NCBI GenBank assembly: GCA_049570475.1
Contig: CP186953.1
Coordinates: forward strand, 32,001-96,000
Reading direction: 5' to 3'
Length of the DNA stretch: 64,000 nt
Source: Candidatus Methanosuratincola verstraetei
Lineage (GTDB): Archaea > Thermoproteota > Methanomethylicia > Methanomethylicales > Methanomethylicaceae
Of this stretch, positions 59,939 to 64,000 are shown piece by piece (position 1 is the first letter of the stretch; the number at the start of each line of letters is the position of its first letter). The translations under genes were made by a program, and so were the position numbers. A model generated the notes under the pieces. It was not told the origin of the DNA, searched no databases, and saw nothing but the letters and a program-made list of their open reading frames with translations.

Positions 59939-62106
59939 GAAAGCCTGACCCTGTACCTGTCCTTGAGCTCCTGCCTCTTGGCAGCGTTCCATGAGCTGAC
60001 ATCCTGGTAGTAGCCCGTTATCCTGGAGTAGTTCCTCACAGAGGCGCTGCCGCAGGTCGGGCAACTCGAATTCAGCCCGCCGCCGACATATCCGCAGTCT
60101 CTGCAGACGGTGATGTCCTTCGTGTGGGACCAGTAGCCGACCCATGACTGCTTCGCGAGCCGCATGTTGAGCTTCATCAGGGCTTCTGGGTCTGGGTTAG
60201 CCTCGCCGAGCCATACGTGGAATATGTCCCCTCCCTTGAGTATCGGGAAGAACCTCTGCTCGATCAAGAGGCGCTGGTCCAATGGCAGCTGCGCAGCGAC
60301 GTTAACATGCGCGCCGTTGGAGTAGTAGACCGGGACGTCCTTCGTCTCGTTCAGCAGGGACAGCCCCTTCTCAAGGTCGCCCTTTACCAGATCCCTCGCA
60401 AACTTGGGGTAGTGTATCAGGTCGGCCACCGCGAAGCGCTGCGCGGCGGACTCTGCAGGCGTCCTTGCGATTGAGAACTTCTCCCCAGTCTCCTCGCTAT
60501 AGGACTTCCTTATCTTGTCCATCTCGATCAGCACTTTGAGGGCCAGCTTCTGGGCTGACGGGTCCTCGTGAATCTCGTACCCCGTCATGTGCTGGACGAG
60601 CTCGTTCATCCCGACGAACCCTATAGTGAGCGAGAGGTTGTCGATGTCGACTGCCGGCGGGGCGCCTCGGGGGCGCTGTGACGCGAACGGTATGAGGCCC
60701 CTCTCGAACTGACGCTTTATCGTCGCCTTCTTGAGCATGAGGGCCTCCTTCGCGATGTCCATTGTGGACTTCAGCACCTCCAGGAGGCGCGCTTCGTCTC
60801 CCCCTGACTTGTACGCGACCCTCGGGAGGTTGACTGTGACCACCTGCATCCCGCCCATCGAGAAGTGGGCCCCGTCCTCGAACATCACCTTCTTCTGGAA
60901 GTTCTCAGACTTGCCGTCCTCCGAGAACGAGTACGCGCAGCACTGGAAGCATGAGACGCCATCCTCCCCTCCCCTGTAGGCAGGGATCATGTTGTCGTAG
61001 TATGTAGAGCCGAACTTCGCAGAGAGCTCGGCTGCCCTGAGCATCACGTCCTCGAACTCCTTGTCGTCCCAGTACCTCGCCCTCTGGACGACCTCAGGCT
61101 TCGGGAAGTTGAACATCTTGCCCATCGCATCGCCTTTCAGATACTCCTCGAGCAGCGCGACTGCGAAAGCGTGGACCGTGTCCTCGAGGTCGCCGTACCT
61201 CAGGTCTGGCCACTTCTTGCCGTGCGACACTACGGGCGCATCCTGCCAGACCTTCGGGACGCCTGACTCGATCTGTATCGACGAGAACACGGGCTGGCCG
61301 CCCCGGGCGACGTAGAGCTGGGTCATCTCGTAGAGGAACATCTGCGCGGTCTGGTGGAGCCGCTTCGCGTCGAAGTCCTTCAGGTACGGAGCCATGAAGA
61401 CGGTGAAGTTGAAGAAGCCCTGCCCTCCAGCGAAGTTGGTCTGGGCAGCCCCGAGGACCTTCGCGGCGTGGAGGATCGCGACCTCTGCATGCTTCGCGGG
61501 TCCCGCGACCGAGGTGTGCGTCCCAGTCCCGTCCGGCATGAGGCCGTAATAGAAGAAGTACCTGAGGTCCCAGTCCTGGCAGAAGGGGCGAGTCCCCCAG
61601 TACTCCAAGTCATGGAGGTGGATGTCACCACGAAGGTGCGCGTCGGCAATGTGCGACGGGATCATGAGGAGGTAAGACTCCTTGCTGAGGAAGTCTGCCT
61701 TCTTCTTGTGGAATGTCTCAGGGTTCGGCTGGAGGTTCGCGTTCTCCCTGGACTCGTAGCCGTCGGAGTTGTCTATCTTGTAGACCTCGTACAGGGGCAT
61801 CCCGACCCTGGTGTAGACGTTCCTCTGCTTGGCAAACCCATGCTCCAAGAGCTTCACGTTGACTATCTCGCGTATCAGGGGGCCGCTGAGCATCTTTAAG
61901 CGCATCCCCAGTATCTCGTCCTGCACCTCGTCGGCAATCACCCTGGCCTCCTCCTCGGTGAGGGGGCGCTCGTTGTAGAGCTCCTTGACGAGCTGGGTTT
62001 CCTTGAGCAGGCTCTTCACTATCAGATCCTTGTTGAATGGGACTATTACTCCGTCGCTCCGCCTCACGGGTGGAGGGAGTTTGCCGTTAATTATTACTTC
62101 TGTCAT
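59935..62106 (-). CDS. nrdD: Class III ribonucleotide reductase
   Basis: ATP cone, ENAN, HLHDL, TPAES, CxxC..CxxC, RITGY glycyl-radical motif. Confidence 0.95.
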   Translation of the reverse strand: MTEVIINGKLPPPVRRSDGVIVPFNKDLIVKSLLKETQLVKELYNERPLTEEEARVIADEVQDEILGMRLKMLSGPLIREIVNVKLLEHGFAKQRNVYTRVGMPLYEVYKIDNSDGYESRENANLQPNPETFHKKKADFLSKESYLLMIPSHIADAHLRGDIHLHDLEYWGTRPFCQDWDLRYFFYYGLMPDGTGTHTSVAGPAKHAEVAILHAAKVLGAAQTNFAGGQGFFNFTVFMAPYLKDFDAKRLHQTAQMFLYEMTQLYVARGGQPVFSSIQIESGVPKVWQDAPVVSHGKKWPDLRYGDLEDTVHAFAVALLEEYLKGDAMGKMFNFPKPEVVQRARYWDDKEFEDVMLRAAELSAKFGSTYYDNMIPAYRGGEDGVSCFQCCAYSFSEDGKSENFQKKVMFEDGAHFSMGGMQVVTVNLPRVAYKSGGDEARLLEVLKSTMDIAKEALMLKKATIKRQFERGLIPFASQRPRGAPPAVDIDNLSLTIGFVGMNELVQHMTGYEIHEDPSAQKLALKVLIEMDKIRKSYSEETGEKFSIARTPAESAAQRFAVADLIHYPKFARDLVKGDLEKGLSLLNETKDVPVYYSNGAHVNVAAQLPLDQRLLIEQRFFPILKGGDIFHVWLGEANPDPEALMKLNMRLAKQSWVGYWSHTKDITVCRDCGYVGGGLNSSCPTCGSASVRNYSRITGYYQDVSSWNAAKRQELKDRYRVRLS

Positions 62107-62308
62107 AACCAGACCCCCGATACGAGCTCATCTCTAACATTTACGGGCATTTTATTCCTATCGGATCCAGCGCTTATAAGGTTTTTTTAGAGTAAAATAT
62201 TTAAAAAAATTGATATCTGTAGAACACAATATGGCGCATTTTCACTTGGGCAAATAAAATCCGGGCAAAGCCAGCATGAATAATCAATGTGCCAAAATAA
62301 AGAAAGGC

Positions 62309-62647
62309 TCACCACGGACCAGGCGGCTGGAGGATCGACCGGAACACTGCCCCTGCCTCCTTGGACATTTCAGAGACGGTCATTGGGCAGCCCCACCGTT
62401 CAGCCAAAGCCCCGATCCCAATGAGTGCAAGCCCTGCGATATCGCTGAACGGCTCAGGGGTTGGCGTCAGCAGCAGGGCAGTGCCGACCTTCTTGAGGTT
62501 GCCCAAGGACCGCCTCTTTCCAGGCTCCCCGACCAGGGCCCTTAGTGACCGAAGCCCGAACGCAACTTCGCCGACCGCAGCGCCCGCATCGGCAGCAGAC
62601 TCGGAGAGGATCCTGGTCGCAGACCGCATAAGCGCACCAGAAATCAA
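62309..62647 (-). CDS. Hypothetical protein
   Basis: GGGGAG SD and TATA-like upstream; PEPFSDIAGLALI hydrophobic hairpin. Confidence 0.55.
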   Translation of the reverse strand: MISGALMRSATRILSESAADAGAAVGEVAFGLRSLRALVGEPGKRRSLGNLKKVGTALLLTPTPEPFSDIAGLALIGIGALAERWGCPMTVSEMSKEAGAVFRSILQPPGPW

Positions 62648-62771
62648 CTCCCCCGCAGTCTTTTTAAAGGTTATATGAGACAGAATTGAGCTTCCAATCG
62701 ATTTCTGTTTAAGTGGGAAAGAAGTGGGAAAAGCTTAAATAGCGAAAAACCCTTCCGGGTTCAGAGGGAGC

Positions 62772-63927
62772 ATGATGGAAAGGAGGAATTTAGTTCACAA
62801 GGCTCCAGACGCCTAGGGGATTCAGGGACCTTGGGCCTGAGGAAGCCAGATCCTACCTGATCGTCGAGGGCAGGTTCAGGGAAGTCCTCAGGAAATGGGG
62901 CTACAAGGAAGTCAGGACCTCGACGCTCGACTACTTTGACATCATACGCGGCGGGGCGGGCGAGGGGTTCACGGATTCGATTTTCAAGGTCCAGGACTAC
63001 GACGGCAGGCTGCTGTCGCTCAGGGGGGAGGTCACGACCCAGATAGCGAGGATGCTGGCCTCCAAGGCCAAGGACGAGGGGAGGCTCTGCTACATCACGA
63101 ACTGCATCAGGTACCTGGAGTCCAAGAACCTGTCCCTCAGGGAGTACTGGCAGGCGGGTGCTGAGCTGATAGGAGGGGAGAGGATCAGCGCTGATGCAGA
63201 GGCGGTTGCACTCGCTCTGGAGATGCTCGACTCGGTAGGGATAAGGGCGAGCGTGGACCTCGGGAGCATGGGCGTCATCAGGAGGCTGATGGAAAGGTAC
63301 AGGATAAGGGACTACAAGAAACTTACGAGGGCAATTGCTTCGAAGTCAATAGACGACCTGAGGAAATTGACGACCGACAGCGATGCGCTCGAGACTTTCA
63401 CCCTGCTGATGACCAAGAGGGGTGGCGCGGATCTCATTGGGGAGATTTCCAAGGCTGCAGGCTGCCTTGAGGAGGAGCACGAATACTTCAAGAGCCTCTA
63501 CCGTGCGCTCGAGGCTTACGGGTGCGCCTCCAGGGTCTTTGTGGACCTGAGCACCATCAGGGAGATGGCCTACTACAACGGCTTGGTCTTTGAGATATTC
63601 ACCCCCGGGATGGGCCTGCCAATCGGCGGGGGAGGGAGATACGACGCCATGATGAAGGACTTCGGGATAGACACTGCCGCGACCGGCTTTGCGCTGAGCA
63701 TAGACCTATGCTTGAAGGCGCTTGGCGGGGGGGACTGGGGCAAGAACAACGAAACAGTGAGGGTGTACTACAAGGACGGGTACAGGGAGAAGGCGATCTC
63801 CCTTGTGAGGGTCTTGAGGGGAAAGGGCGAATGCTGCACCCTGGATGCATACCGGGGCGAGGGCAGGGGCATCCTAGTAGGCGAAAAGACCATTGTGCTT
63901 GAGAGTGGTGAGGAGTATGCCCCCTGA
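62772..63927 (+). CDS. hisZ: ATP phosphoribosyltransferase regulatory subunit, split by a +1 frameshift near the 5' end
   Basis: HisRS-like motifs PRGFRD, WGYKEV, LRGEVT, QAGAEL, YYNG, GGGRYD, ATGF; frame open from 62794 but no ATG/GTG/TTG before 63052; ATG 62772 is in another frame. Confidence 0.85.
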
Positions 63928-64000
63928 AACAAAAGAGAGGCTTGTCTTCGCCGTTCCGAACAAGGGGAGGATGAGAGATCCGGCACTCAGGCTCCTGGAG
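63917..64000 (+). CDS. hisG: ATP phosphoribosyltransferase, 3'-partial
   Basis: MPPETKERLVFAVPNKGRM (hhAhPxKGR); overlaps the hisZ stop. Confidence 0.85.
   Translation, partial: MPPETKERLVFAVPNKGRMRDPALRLLE

Noticed and set aside
62220-62240. NrdR-box-like ACACAATAT upstream of nrdD
   Set aside because: Only a half site; not palindromic or tandem.
62788-62793. Pyrrolysine/amber readthrough of the TAG before hisZ
   Set aside because: An in-frame TGA lies six codons upstream with no canonical start in between, so readthrough does not rescue the gene.
43-63986. Numerous long antisense or overlapping ORFs in the track (e.g. 6801-7730, 19203-19964, 35479-36174)
   Set aside because: Shadow frames of well-supported GC-rich genes, with no family motifs.

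Overview
64 kb of archaeal chromosome, mostly housekeeping genes. A Cren7-like chromatin protein, a CdvB/ESCRT-III paralog, methanogenesis marker 8, FBP aldolase/phosphatase and grpE-dnaK-dnaJ together point to a TACK-superphylum methanogen, most plausibly Methanomethylicia (Verstraetearchaeota); this is inferred. Other contents: an ABC exporter, ilvD, an FrdA/SdhA-like flavoprotein, hppA, paaK, PiT/DUF47, LutAB-like genes, a type IV pilus locus, class III RNR (nrdDG) and the start of the his operon. Signals the ORF track misses: (1) hisZ has no in-frame start and is reachable from an upstream ATG only by a +1 shift at the leader's single His codon, just after an internal AGGAGG, which suggests histidine-sensing programmed frameshifting; (2) a fluoride riboswitch ahead of a cation/H+ antiporter and USP; (3) a TPP riboswitch ahead of thiW and a coupled small NTPase; (4) a lone 37-nt CRISPR repeat fused to a 5'-truncated TIGR02710 CARF/HEPN gene; (5) tandem catalytic-domain-only tyrosine recombinases, one intact and one degenerate; (6) a 4-Cys Cren7 variant, a small RHH gene and a candidate structured ncRNA. 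No tRNA, rRNA, transposase or full CRISPR array was seen. All family calls come from motif recognition by eye, not database searches.
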